The notes: generated by a model from the sequence alone, not told the origin. Numbered from the stretch's first letter, positions 11,806-25,209 are shown. The stretch is 43,789 bases of DNA from Octopus bimaculoides (GCF_001194135.2 NC_068988.1:72696080-72739868), one strand, 5' to 3'. Translations and numbers: made by a program.

Positions 11806-13052
11806 CCTGCCCGGCGTTGCGTTCCAATGGTCAGGAGGTCAGTCTGCTGCCAGCACCCTCTGAGCAGTGGATTAGGTATGCTGTGGCTTCTAATGCACAC
11901 ACACGCTCTTAGGTTGCGTCACTTGCAATGATTTCTGGATGGTGAGCATGTGTGAGCTCCAATGGGAGGCACGTCTTTCTGCAGCTCATCTCCTTGATGC
12001 TGCAGTCTTAGGTGAAGAAAAGACCAAGACTGGGTGTCTGGCAACTAGAATGTCAACAGGCACTCACAGCCCTCTACCAATCAGGCAATAGGGTGGTGGA
12101 TGTTCCGTTTTAGCAATTTATAGAGGTTTAGTGGCGGTGTAGTGCGATGATGTTCTCAGGGAGAGTCTGGACGTCGAGATAATTTCCAGATGTCCTTGGT
12201 CTGGCAATGTTAGGTGGGGACGCTGTCAATTTGAGATAAACTCTACAGGCATGGGTGTGCTGTCAGACGATTTTGTCTGAGATGCACGCAGAGTGACAAA
12301 ACCATTCTGCAAGCATTCGTTCATTGTCAGGGCATTGCTGACTTGTGGGGCTATGTGAAACAGCTGCTGTCACATGTGGGACAGATCCATCTATTGGCTG
12401 AGTCTATAGTAATGACTGCCCTGCCGCCCTCCTTTACTCAGGTAGACAAGGCAGTTTTCCTTTGCCTGGTGGCTGTGGCGAAAGAGGTTGTCTGGTAGAC
12501 AAGGCTGGAAGGCATGAGGACAGATACATTCCTCTTTGGTAGAGGTTTCATTGACTTCTACAAGTTCCTCTTGAAAAGGAAATTGGGAGGGAGAAAGAAG
12601 TGCTGTCCTTGATTGAGTTTATTGAAAGGTGCGTGAAAGTTGTGAAAATGACAAGAGTGGATGGTACCTCTCTAAGTGTAGACCTGTGAGTCGGAGAAAG
12701 GGAATTGGAGAGGGCACTTGTCCTTNNNNNNNNNNNNNNNNNNNNNNNNNNNNNNNNNNNNNNNNNNNNNNNNNNNNNNNNNNNNNNNNNNNNNNNNNNN
12801 NNNNNNNNNNNNNNNNNNNNNNNNNNNNNNNNNNNNNNNNNNNNNNNNNNNNNNNNNNNNNNNNNNNNNNNNNNNNNNNNNNNNNNNNNNNNNNNNNNNN
12901 NNNNNNNNNNNNNNNNNNNNNNNNNNNNNNNNNNNNNNNNNNNNNNNNNNNNNNNNNNNNNNNNNNNNNNNNNNNNNNNNNNNNNNNNNNNNNNTTATGT
13001 CTGTCTTTGTATTGATCCCCTCAGCCTTCGCCCTGGTGTCAAATAAATAAAA
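11805..13052 (+). mobile_element. Tx1/L1-clade LINE 3' fragment (spans an assembly gap)
   Basis: Frame from 12241: LYRHGCAVRRFCLRCTQSDKTILQAFVHCQGIADLWGYVKQLL...VAKEVVW*TRL, a degenerate CCHC knuckle and ORF2 C-terminus; ends aataaataaaat. Confidence 0.7.
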
Positions 13053-13059
13053 TCATTGT

Positions 13060-13642
13060 CATGATTATTATTATTATCATCATCATCATCATTATTGAGT
13101 GAGAGAGCAGTGCACGCCATCAAAATGACACTGGGGTAAAATATATGAAGCCCATTATACCCATCATGACTACCCGTCTGATAAGGGTACCCCAGGCACA
13201 TGCATCACAACCATGTGTGTGCGACATGGTGATCTCATATCAAGATAAACAGCACATGAGCTTGCAGGTGGGGCCCAGTTAGAATTTTCTTCAGGTCAAG
13301 TGGCCCATCCCACTCAAAAGGTCCTTGAATAAGGGTTGTTTAAGGAATTTGAACGAAACACCCATGTTTCCAGAGGTGAATTATTCAAATCTCAGAAATT
13401 TCCTCTCAACACATGACTATGATGCTCCCCCACTACTTCTGCTCATGATCAGAAATGCACATATCATCAGCCACTAAGGGACATGCTCAACTGGTTAAGG
13501 TGAAGCAGTTGACAAGTAAATCTATGGTATTGAGTAGAATATTTACTGTAACACATCTTTCATATGAAGACAAAACAATGGACATGATAACACTTCCAAT
13601 CAGTTAAGATCAGAAGCCATGAGTGCCAGCACCTGGTGCTGC
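13060..13642 (-). mobile_element. Unclassified retroposon with (ATG/ATA)n tail
   Basis: About 580 bp, non-coding, GC-richer, ending (minus strand) ...ctctctcactcaataatgatgatgat. Family not assignable. Confidence 0.5.
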
Positions 13643-13652
13643 TTATTATTTT

Positions 13653-14063
13653 AAAGCAGTGAGTTGGCAGAATCATTAGCACGCCAGGCAAAATGCTTGG
13701 CGGTACTTCATCCATCTTCACATTCTGAGTTCAAATTATGCTGAGGTTGACTTTGCCTTTCATCTCTTCTGAGGTCAATAAATTAAGTACCAGTGAAACA
13801 CTGGGGTTGATGGAATTGACTAGACTCCTCCACCAAAATTTCAAGCTTTGTACCTTTAGTAGAAAGAATTATCATTTTAAAACAGCGAGCTGGCAGAATT
13901 GTTAGCATGCCGGGTAAAATGCTTAATGGCATTTTGTCCATCTTTACGTTCTGAGTTCAAATTCTGCTGAGGTCAACTTTGCCTTTCATCCTTTCACTGA
14001 GGTCAATGTAATCAATTAGTCCCCTCCCCCATAATTTCAGGCTTTGTGCCCTTAGCAGAAAGA
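13653..14063 (+). mobile_element. Two tandem family-B SINEs (13653-13872, 13879-14063)
   Basis: Two copies of gagytggcagaat..gagttcaaattmtgctgaggt..gcctttcatc..agaaagrttatt. Confidence 0.8.
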
Positions 14064-14144
14064 TTATTATTATTATATAGGCCACAATCTGTCCATCAAC
14101 TTTGCTTATTATCCTGTCAGAGAAACACAGAAACAGTCAAACGC

Positions 14145-14183
<39 letters not shown>

Positions 14184-15130
14184 GTGGCATCAATACATCT
14201 CCATATGATATCTGAAATTATCAAGTAAAGGAGTGGGAAGTTAAAAAAAAGTATCCCTTTAATGTTGTACTCCCCACTTTTAATAGGTTTGAACACTCAC
14301 AATCTCACATGAATAAAAACGGTTGGGTGATTATGAAATGAAACAATTGTTAGCTTCCAATGTTTTATGCAAAAAGAAAAGCATGTGATAGTTCCTGACT
14401 ACATTGTAAATAGCAGTAGGGTAAAGGGAAGTTAACGAGTAATATTCAAAATAAGAGCAGCAAAGAAAAATTATTGTAAACAGATAAAATACAGAAGTTA
14501 CAAAGGGCAGAAAGGGAGACTAAAAGCATCTCCTCACCATCATCTCTCTATCAACTATTATCACTTTCTCTCCTATCATCCATCAACGTTTCTCCCATAA
14601 ATAAACCTCACCCAAACCACTTCCCCACTCTGTTAATTGAATCAATGACTGGAAATGGCAAAGATAAAATTAATGAAAAAATTTTATTTCATTTAAAACA
14701 AAACTTTATTCTCATTGCCATTGATGCCGTCAGGATCCATTTTAGTGACAAATGCTAAAAAAAAGTTGAGGGTTTAAAAAGACTTTAGCTAATTTTATTA
14801 CTCTATTTCTATAAACAGAACTATTCTCTATTCTAAATCATGCACAATTACTGCATTTTTACCTGAAACAAATGGACAACAATGTCTAATTAACAGCCCC
14901 TGCCTTTTGTCACTAGATTACATGAAAAGATTCAAACTTCTAAATATGACAAACCATTTTTATGACATGGCATCATGAAACCCTTCCCAGCTTCACCACA
15001 ACTACTTCACAATAGAAAATAAATTCAAGGTCTAACATTCATAATTGTCTCTATACATGTGATAAAAGATCCTGATTTTTTATCAAACCTAGTGATGAAA
15101 GGCAACAACTTACAGATTAAAACTCTAAAA

Positions 15131-15447
15131 CAGAGGTTCTCAAACTTTTGGGGTCACCACCTCCTCGTGGCCACATAATACCCTCGGTGCCCCCACCCCT
15201 ATTTTTATGTATAAATAAATATTTTATATTTTACTAATTTATATATACTACGAATCATTTGATATTTAATATGATATATATTTTGTATACAATACTATAA
15301 TATTATAATTCATAGCGTCCCCTAATCCACTGCCTTCCTCCCAACGCCTCCCTTTTGTCTACTGCCCCCACCACCCCCTTAGGCACCAGCACCCAGCTGG
15401 ACCATCTCAACATCCACTGGGGGTAGTGCTCACTTTGAGAACCTATG
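15131..15447. mobile_element. hAT (Charlie-type) MITE
   Basis: TIR cagaggttctcaaa / tttgagaacctatg; perfect 8-bp TSD ctctaaaa. Confidence 0.85.
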
Positions 15448-15751
15448 CTCTAAAATATAGACAAAATTAAATATTGAAAGATTTAGTCAAGTTTTCTTGT
15501 TTCAGAGGATTAACCAGTTCTTCATAACAGTTGTCTATAAATTTTCAACAATGATCTAATTTGAGATCTTCATTTCTTTAAAAAAGAAAAAGAAAAATAG
15601 GTTAACTACTATCAGTTAAAATTTCTTAGCACACAAACCAATGAGGATGGGAGGCACTATGCAGTCACTCAATCTGCTAGATATAGTAGTCAGATTTCCC
15701 CCAAACATACCTTGTTACCTCAAAAAAGAAAAACATTGCTATCCTTTATAT

Positions 15752-16637
15752 CAGGCATCGGCAACCTGTGGTCCGCGAGCCAAATGTGGCCCACAGCACC
15801 TGATCCAGATTTCCATTAGGTGTGTCCCACAAGACATTACCCACGATCCAATGGGGTTTTTTGAACCGACGGTAAATTTAACAGAGCCAATCAGCAGCCA
15901 TCTTCTCCCCAGTCAGAACAGTATCCTACTTTCATGATACTGACACTGAATAAACATAACTTTTGGAGAAGAATTCTGATAGAGTTAGAGAGAAAGAGGA
16001 AATCCTCCTTTTGCCCGATACTGTAGTATAGTATAACTGTACGATAAGTTATTTTTCACTTCTACTCCAACTGACTTGGTTATAAATATTTTTTCTGTGT
16101 TATTTTAGCTGGCTGAAGGTACCCAACCTATGAAGAAGAGAATGCTTCCCATTCAAGAAGGAATGGGAAGCATTCTTCTTTGTGGAGTGCAAGGGAAAAG
16201 CTTTGTGTGTCATCTACCATGAGACCGTCACCGTTATGAAGGTGTGCAATGTAAAGCGTCACTTCACTTTGGTGCACCCCAAGCAAGCTGCATTGCCTGA
16301 CGACAAGAAGGTAGAGTTTGGGCGTCTGAGTGCTCAGCTGGAGAAGCAATGTGTCTTCATGAAGAGGATCGTTCACATGAAGCTGATAAAGAACAAAACA
16401 AGAGTACAGCTTACAGATGCTCATCTTCAAGACATTCTATCTGTTTCAAAGAACCACAAGCCTTCACATTAATCGTTTCACATTGTGATTATTGCAAGTC
16501 TTCATAAAGGTTCAATTTACATTTATCATTGATTTTGTGTGTTTATTATCTTTTCAGGATGAGAGCGGGGTGTGGCCTGCAAGGTGGCCTAGATGTGGCC
16601 TAGTGGCCCGCAGCCTGGTTTAGGTTGCTGACACCTA
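15752..16637 (+). mobile_element. hAT (SPIN/GTF2IRD2-like) internal-deletion derivative
   Basis: TIR caggcatcggcaacct / aggttgctgacaccta; TSD ctttatat/ctttatac; residual coding EWEAFFFVECKGKALCVIY..NVKRHF and MKLIKNKTRVQLTDAHLQDIL. Confidence 0.85.
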
Positions 16638-16645
16638 CTTTATAC

Positions 16646-17355
16646 ACTATCTTCATGCACATCTTCTGACACCTGATCAAAAGCACACCAGGCTGATCAC
16701 ATCATGGGAAAATCTGACATTGTTCCAGGCAGATCCAGCTGGGTCTTTTTAACGTTTCCTAACCCAGGATGAGACAAAGAAAGAAGCATGCAATGGAAAC
16801 ACTCCTCTTCCCCTGCCCCAACAAAGGCCAAGGTCATTTTATCTACAAGCAAGATGATTGCCTGTTTTGGGGGGCACAAAAGGCATTGCGTTTATTGACT
16901 ATCTTCAAAAGGGCCACACCATTAATGGAGAGTACTATGCCAACTAGTTGAGGCAGTTACGAAAGGCTATCAAGACCAAAAACCCAGGAAAACTAATGAA
17001 AGGGGTCATGGTTCATCAGAACAATGTTCCAGTACACAAGTCCTTGCTTTCAATGGCTGCTGTGCATGACTATGGCTTTGAACAGGTTGGTTACCTTCCC
17101 TCTTCTCCTGATTTAGCCTTATCTGACTATCATCTGTCCCCCAACATGGAAAAACACTTTGCTGAAAACCAATATCACAGTGATGAGAACTTTTTTGATC
17201 AAGAGGATGAAAGTTCCTTCACCAATGGGATCCAAGCACTGCAACACTGATGGAAGAAGTATGTGAACTGAAAGGTAGACAATGTTGTAAAATAAACCTC
17301 ATACCATGAAAGTAACTTGGTCGGCCTATAGACTTCTCACCCAACCTTCATATAG
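16646..17355 (+). mobile_element. Mariner transposase 3' two-thirds, decayed
   Basis: LLTPDQK..FLTQDET, IDYLQKGHTINGEYYAN*LRQLRKAIK..HQNNVPVH..SSPDLALSDYHL; right TIR ends ...aaccttcata. Confidence 0.85.
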
Positions 17356-17697
17356 GAGTCTTGAGACGTGAACAATAAAACTAATAATGACGTACTAGGA
17401 ATGGCAAATAAAATTTTATTAAACAGTTAGGAAAAAATTTTTAATAAAAGGTAAAATGAATGAGAAAAGAAGGGAAAATTAAAGAATTACATGGATGGAT
17501 AATATCAAGAATTGGACACATCTTAAATGCAGTGAATGGATAAGGGTAGCTCAAGAAAGACCAAGTTGGTGATCTATGACATTTAATCTGTTGAGCATGG
17601 ATGATACTTGATAATGATTATTATTACTGAATAAAGAAGGCTAGCAGAATTGAAGCCACAAGCAAAATGCCTAGCAACATTTATAAATACCTTTTAT

Positions 17698-19101
17698 CAG
17701 TAGTGGATCTACCATAAAACTAATGAAGCTTAATCTTCAGGGCCCCTAATCCCGGAGGGGCCCTTAATCCCAGAGGAGCCCCTCTGAAGCAACTTAATTC
17801 TTTTATTCTATCAACTTTTTCGTTTTTGTATTTTGCCATGCAGATTGCTGTTACCAGTCTTAGTGGACGTCATATCACACTCCTATGCAGAGTCTAGACA
17901 TGCAGTGACCAGCCAAGAGTTGTTCACCTGCTGTTTCTGCCAGTGTGGAGTAGCATAAAAAATAAAAGTACAAACGACTCGCAGATAATTCACTTTACTT
18001 GAATTATTTTGGTAACTTATATGAAATAAAAAATACTAACACACAGAAAAATACTAACACACAGAAGCACAGAAAAATATGTAATATACTAACAAACAGA
18101 AAAATTAAAACAAAACACGCGGGTGAAAAGAATCTCGTGGTATGAAGAATTAAGTGTGGAAAATCAACATAGACAACAGTGGCACGAACAACAGTGAAGC
18201 ACATCACAGCATGTGGTTGTCATGGTAACAAGCTGTTAATGCCACGCTGTCTGTCGATTGACTAAAATTACCCAAATTTCCCAACTTTACTGCTAGATAA
18301 CATCAGCTTCTTTAATTTACGAGATAAAGTAATTGGTTGATTGTAATCAAAATTCAGAGTTGCATCAATACACCAAAATTGAAAGCAATCTGAGCAAAAT
18401 TAAGAGGGGCTCATTTTGCAAATGAGAAAGACTAGATCCTTACAAAGACAATATTGACCACAAATTAATGTGTATTATCAGTTCAAAGAGTATTTACACC
18501 TTAGGAAATCCCGGAACACAGAAGAAAACACACCATCTAAAATGCAATGCACAGTTCTTCAGTATATTTATGAGCAACAATTAATTGAAGCATCCCCTAA
18601 TATTAGCACTGCACATAAGCTGTACTTATGCCTGTCATGAGCTGTGAGCAGAAAGGAGTTCCTCAAAACTTTCCTTTATAAAGAATAAATTTCAATCTAC
18701 CATGACTGAAGAGCGCTTAAATTCCTTAATCATATTGTCTCTAGAAAATGACATTGCAAGGAAGCTGTCATGTGACAAAACTGTTGCTACAAAAAACAGA
18801 AAGAAAAAAGTATTTTGTAATTTTCATATGTATCTTAATGATGCATCATGCATGTATATAATGCTTCCCTAATTTTCAGCCCCCATAGCTCTAAAAATAT
18901 AAGGCATAGCCTGGAAAATATTAGTGATCTGCCATGGAACAACTCCACCATTTGGGCTATCAGAGCCTCAAGCTGGAGTTCCTTGCAAGGGTATGAAAAT
19001 TCTTTGACTCTTGTTAGTTGTTACCCTACTGTTACTGGTTGTAAAGGGAGCCCCCAAAACATTTTAAGCTTCAAGACCTCAATATTGCAGACCTGCTACT
19101 A
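17698..19101 (+). mobile_element. hAT (Tip100/ZMYM-like) deletion derivative nested in a family-B SINE
   Basis: Ends cagtagtggatctac / gcagacctgctacta; TSD ccttttat/ccctttat; internal SKLSFIKNKFQSTMTEERLNSLIILSLENDIA (hAT dimerisation domain). SINE halves lie at 17640-17697 and 19110-19240. Confidence 0.75.
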
Positions 19102-19280
19102 CCCTTTATAGAATTTCAATTTTATCAGGATTCATTGTTAGTCATCCAGGGTCAATAAAGTACCAGTGAAATACTGAAAGATTGATACAGTTGACTACAT
19201 CCAACCAAAATTGAAGATTTGTGACAAAGTTAGAAGTCAATATTGCTTAAATAGTAGTTATTATAAACAATAATTATTAA

Positions 19281-19480
19281 TATCCTTTCTACTAATAGGC
19301 ACAAGGCCTGAAATTCCAAGGGAGGAGTAAGTCAATTAAATTAACACCACCACCACCACCCAGTGCTCAACTAGTACTTTATTTTATTGACCCCCAAAAA
19401 GATGAATGGCAAAGGTGACCTTGCCAGAATTAGAACTCAGAACATAAAGCCAAAAGACATGCCACTAAGCACTTTCTCTG
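19281..19480 (-). mobile_element. Family-B SINE
   Basis: Reverse complement of the family-B body and tail (ggccttgtgcctattagtagaaagga). Confidence 0.7.
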
Positions 19481-19810
19481 GTTAATTATGTCAGCTTGAA
19501 CTCTTAACAATTATTAATTACAAATTATTATAATTACTATTATTAATAATACATAAATATTATTTCTTGATTTATAAAATAATCCACAAAAATAAAAGAT
19601 CATTATCATTTTCATTCATTCCAAGGCATGTTTTCCCAGCAGCAAAACAACAGCTTATAAAAAATGTAACACTGCTACATGCTGGAACTACCATGACTAA
19701 CATATACACCAAAGACTGACGTAAACCACCACAGGATAAATAGTAATCTGAAACAAAACAGGGTTGAAAAAAGCACCCAGAATCTAGAGGGCCAACTTCT
19801 TTAGTCACTG

Positions 19811-21760
19811 GCCATCCTCATCATTACTTTTATGTTCATTTTTACATGCTAGTATGGGTTGGACAGGTCATCTCTAGTGCAGCATGACACCACTTGTCAC
19901 AGAACTCCTTCATGAGGTCCAGTATCCTGAGATCAGCTTCCCTTTTGCAGATTCCTTCTTTAACTTGGATTACTCAACACTTCATTACTGAAATGTCATC
20001 CACCATACGCATCACACATTCATACTAGTGTAGTTTCTTTTGCATTATATTTGATTCCAGCAGTTTTTTTCCACCACCTCCTCAGCTTGTACATGCTTCG
20101 TTGTTCATGTACACTAACATACATCCACCAGAGCATATTCACTTCATTTCTTACTAGCCCTCACACAACTTTAGCACCCAAAGCCCACATCTCACTATCA
20201 TGTAACATCACAATTCGTACAAAAGCGTCAATCAAGCTAGCTTTTACTTAAAATGAACCTCGTTACCAGCAGAGGTAATAGCTCCCTAACCTTTCTTCTT
20301 GGTTCTTACTCCAGCAACAGAACTCATCTCCATTGTTTTTAAGTCATCTAGGTAAGAGAAGCTATCAACTAATTCTATGGGATATTCCTAACATTTGAAG
20401 GAACTTCAAAAGTGTTCTCACTGCTAACTACTTCCATGCCTATGCATACAAAATATTCCTTCTCTGTTAGTCTGCTTGTGATCTCACTACATTTAGTATA
20501 TCATATGGAATCATTCTTATTTTATTTCTACATACTGAGCAGGGCACTTTCCATGTAGTTATAGAGTTCTGTCTTCTCTATTAATTAAAACTTGATTCAG
20601 TTAACTTTGAAACCTCTTGATTCCAGGTTTTACTACCATGTTTAGAATTCTTCAAGTCAACAGATTCAGTCACAAGCCTATAGCCTTCTTCCCTAGGCCA
20701 ATGACATACAATTCTTGTTATCGCTTGAAAAGCTATAACCAGGAAGCAGAGGGAAAACCAGGTTCCAATACACACTAAATTCCTTGCTGAACTCATTGCC
20801 CTCTCTCACTTTGCTAATGGCATCTCAATAAATGACAACTCCCACACCTAGTTTCCTCAACAACTATGTGTGGCACCCTGTCAAGGCTTCCTTCAATTTG
20901 AGTGGCTTGTTCCTTGCAGTTGTCTGACTGTGAAGAGGGTGCCAGTAGCACTATTTCTTGACACATGCTTTCAAAACTTATCCATCTGCTTCATGCATCC
21001 ATAGCTGCTTCTTTCTAGAACATTCCTTCTGTTGAGTAGTCTCTTTTTCTCCTATGCATCCTCAACAGTCAATAATAATGTTTCCAAGTCATTTTCTTCA
21101 GAGTGTCAGTGAGCTGCTGTCATTCTGAACAGACTTTTCCCCAACATCTCAATTCATATTGACACACTGCTTTGCAATCCAGAACACTTTAAATCTCTGA
21201 TCAAATAACATAAGTAAACATCTTACTTCCTGCTTCTTGTCATGCTCTATATACCAGCTGTCTGCTGTATGATATTCTAATTTCTAGATGCCTGATACCA
21301 GGCCTGTCCTTTGGCTTTTACAGTTCTCTCTACTGTTACCATTCAACCACCACATCACCTTCTGTCTGGCTAGTACTTTGTTCCAACCACAGATGATCTG
21401 GTCTCTTGAAAGTTCTAGTTCTTAAGAGACAACCTGTTGTCTTTATGTTATTACTCACTATATCCACTTTCTCAACATAATAGTCACCTAGACCTTCTCT
21501 GAACCTATGGCTAGCAGTATCTTTTAGTTGTATTGCAACTGGTTAGGTTATTTGCATCACAGATTTCCAAGAGCCTAGATCGACTTTTCATTCCTCATGA
21601 ATAACCTCTTGTACATGAAAATTTAAACTATAGTGTTACCCAACATATCCTTTAGAGTCATTGTTGTTCATTACTGATGTGATCTGTAAATGGCTTCATA
21701 GAAATAGCACTTTATACCAAATCTGTGCAACCCATGGACAGACAGTGTATTCCAGATTAG
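19811..21760 (-). mobile_element. Old, heavily decayed RTE LINE (EN to RT to 3' tail)
   Basis: Minus-strand remnants VDSFSYLDD, VRIVMLHDSEMW..RNEVNMLWWM and an RT-region segment; tail ccaacccatactagcatg. Confidence 0.65.
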
Positions 21761-21989
21761 TCTAACCCAAACCAGCATAGAAAAAAACTGAGAAATTGAT
21801 GATTTTTATCTGCACTATTTCAAAATGATTATGTACTATTAGTACAAGCACATCAAAGTTTGGGTGTTTTTGAATTTGCTCAGGGGTAATTATTTCTCCC
21901 AGAACAGGATATTACAAGTAAAAGATTTCAACTATTTCAATGAACAAAACATAGCTACAATGAAGCAAGAAATTGAATAAGTCAAAACA

Positions 21990-22096
21990 GAAAATTATAG
22001 AAATTATTTTAATTTTAAGAAAAAAATTAATTTAGCAACAGATGTTCATAATGGCTGCAGATGTGAAAGGAATCAAATCCTGGCTCTATCAGGTCA
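21990..22096 (-). other. Candidate non-coding terminal (3'-UTR) exon of DBI
   Basis: Strong acceptor tttctgtttttctttcag| at 22097 would pair with an unused GTAAGT donor 15 nt after the DBI stop (26243); ATTAAA near 22010. The 3' end is a guess. Confidence 0.35.
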
Positions 22097-24309
22097 CTGA
22101 AAGAAAAACAGAAATAAATAGAATTTAGAATATTCCTCAAAATTAATCGATAGATATATACTGCTTACTGTATTTTGGAAAAAGTGTCCATGTGTTAAAA
22201 AAGTAACTAACTTCACTTATTAGACAACCATGTTTGCACTAAGATAACTAATCTCTTCAAGAATATACTTTTACATGTCTAATAAAATTCACATATTTTT
22301 GTTATAGAATTTTAATAAAACCATTATTAATTTGCAGTCTGTGTTTTACATAAACTAGTTCAGTCTTCTTTACTATAGATAAGCTTTAGGAATGACAGCC
22401 ATGTTAAAAGTCTTATACTAAATATGCTCATAGAGCAGTGGACACTAACCTAACACATCAGATGAAAAATAACATTCAATTTATTAGTCATCCCTCTAAC
22501 AAAATACAATATATTTAAGGAATAACTATTCAATGAAGAGTTAAAATATCTACAAAATCCTGAAAAGGATTTTTATAAATCATATTATTGAAGAATTACT
22601 CCGGCATGGGAATGTCAATTTGAAATTAAAATATCTAGAAACAATGTCAAATGGTCCCAATTATTGAGAAGGTTAAGAGTGGCTGTACTAATTACAACTG
22701 AAATAGGTAAGAACAAAGTTTTGATGGGATTCAAAGAGGCCAAAATAATATGTGTACTAACAAGACAAGGTTAAGTTGATTCAGCATGTGTGTTGTATTG
22801 TAACCTGCATAAATAATATCAGATAAAATTTACTAAATAACACAAGGTGATAATAAAATAATTTAACTAAGCAAATAGTGAACCACTTTCAGAGAGATGA
22901 TCAAATTTTTAATCTGAAACTGAAATACAACTACAATAAAAAAAAAAATCTAAATCAATAAAAATAGTTCCAAATTTTTCTTTATTGAATTTCAATTTCA
23001 TGTTCTACCACACCTTCCTCAATTTTGGAGAATAAAAACTTTTTTTTAATTAGAAATTTCAACCAAAGAAACTAAATAAAGCTACAGTCAAAATATTATC
23101 TATGAATTTGATTGCTATTGCTATATAGCCCTGATGAGCCTTACTTAAGAAAGTATCTAAATAAAGGTCGTTCATTTAATGCTGGAGGAGTGTGACACCT
23201 TGATTTGATGTATCAGATATGTTATAATGTAAAAAGTAATATTTATCCCCACTTAAAAGTGGACGTTGTGTTAGAACAGAGAATACTGCAATAGTTATCA
23301 TGAGAGAACTTCTCATAAGCTTGTGGTGCATATAAGCACTCGTGTTTGCATCACCAGCAGGAGATAATCATCTGCCATCGCTTCCGGGACTATCAGATCA
23401 CATTATTTCAGACTTCCTTGGCCTTATTAATAGCCTAATCAGGCAGTAGTGTCTCAAACAGCCAGTGGCCTTATTAAAATATAATTAATAACGACAGTGT
23501 ATTCTGACCCAAGATCATGTTGTTTAAACATGTAGCAAAACACATCCCAAAGCCAACTTTTCATTTGTGCTTACTTCCCCTATATACAATCTATTTTTCC
23601 AATTCCTAAATATTCTTATTAACCTTCCTTAAAGCTGTTCTACCATCATAGTTTGTAGGACAGAATATGGTGCATGCATATTTTGTCAAAGAAAATTTAA
23701 ATATTAAATATATCAATTTTCTGCAGAAAACTTGGAAAACAGGCTAAGGGAGATAATTCATTCATCAATTTCAACTGGACACGTTTTCATCAGAATAAAT
23801 TTCAACTAAATTATTTTTTTTTAGTGAAAATTAATACATTCGATGTTTTTCACATATGTGACATCTATGGTTAGAACGAAACACAAAGTGAACCAAACCC
23901 AGACCAAAATGAAAAGAAATGAACATTTTATATAATATATTTTTGTTTTGGAAAGTCATTTGAAATTTATCTGTTAAAATGACTGGCACATTTTAGACAC
24001 ATACAATAGTAAATGATTAAATTATATCTTTAAATATGAAATATCTATTCAATGCTTATAAAAAGTTTTTCTTTCTTTTTGTCAGGGGACGAAAAGCAAT
24101 ACCTGTGACTTCTGAGATTGGTGAGAGTAAAGGAGGAAGAAATCATAACATGGGTCACAATAGTATGCAACAGCAGGTCATTATAGCAAGTTGTAATCTT
24201 CAGACCCAGTTCATATGCTTTCAGAAGAATGAACTCTACCATCTCGCTTGTTTTCTGTTGTTGTTGTTGTTTTGTTTTGTTTTGTTCTTTCATTTACTTA
24301 TTTTTTTAA

Positions 24310-24445
24310 TGACAAGATTCCAAGTTTCTATCTATCAAACTTAACTTGAAGCTAATGTAAAAGACACTTGCTCAAGATACCAAGCAATGAAATTAAATCC
24401 AGACCCAGTTGATGGCAAAATAAACTTTTTAACCACTAGGCCATA
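24310..24445 (-). mobile_element. Decayed CORE-SINE family A
   Basis: aagacacttgctcaagatacc is the reverse CORE motif, plus a tRNA-like head. Confidence 0.6.
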
Positions 24446-25030
24446 AATACATTAACATTCAAGCTTCTTAGCAACTACAGTTAATATAGCACTAAGTTGT
24501 TTGTTATAAAGAAAAGGGCAAATGAGTGAGAAAACGACTTAACATCTATGACCAAGACAGATAATAAATGAAGTAAAGTTTATACAATGTATTCAAAAAT
24601 GAAGCATCGCTCCAGAATATAACTGATGACTTCTGACTATGCAGTAAATAAACTGTTATGATATAGTTAAACTTCAGGCTGAAAGTTGTCAATGATGTGT
24701 GCATGGTTGCATGTACACACAAAGTTGTGCATGCAATTCCTTAACAGCAATATACTGCAACTTGCATCCTTTATAATAATTATTGCATTATCAATCTTTT
24801 TTCAATTAGAAGACAAATGTATGAAATAGTTTTAATAATATGCTAAAATTAAGTATTGTACTTAATGGTTCCTCTTAAATACTTAACTAGTACTTATTTT
24901 ATCAGTCTCTTTTGCCAAACCACTAGATTATGGGAATATAAACACTAACACCAGCGGTGATGAGGGTGGAGTGGGGGACAAAGACACACACATAGATAAA
25001 TATATACATATATATATCTACGTATATACA

Positions 25031-25209
25031 TATAGTAATGAACAAATGGACAGAAAGACATACTAAATGCACTGAAAGCATAAATAAAGGGAAAACAAAC
25101 ACAGATGGTCACTGACTGAGGTATCAAGAAACTGATGACCTTCTGTGTTTGTTCTCCATTCATCTATGCATTTAGTATATGTCTTTCCATTCATTTGTTT
25201 ATTACTATA
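25031..25209. mobile_element. Palindromic MITE / fold-back
   Basis: About 75-80-bp imperfect arms (tagtaatgaacaaatgg..aacaaacacagatggtca vs tgaccttctgtgtttgtt..catttgtttattacta), 24-bp loop, TA-flanked. Confidence 0.7.

Noticed and set aside
12629-13050. Long ORFs in the track here and at 38342-39166, 6179-6453, 2756-3061
   Set aside because: Open only because they read through N gaps.
16948-17250. SETMAR-like host gene
   Set aside because: Mariner transposase remnant with stops and frameshifts and no SET domain.
23125-23160. CTGATGA..GAAA hammerhead-like core (also a weak one near 29600, minus)
   Set aside because: Stem II cannot be formed and stems I/III are not evident.
24086-24120. Opposed exon-like signals: plus 35-nt exon (GRKAIPVTSEI) and minus 9-nt microexon 24103-24111
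   Set aside because: Good splice motifs, but no homology or phase-consistent partner exons; such motifs arise by chance in AT-rich DNA.
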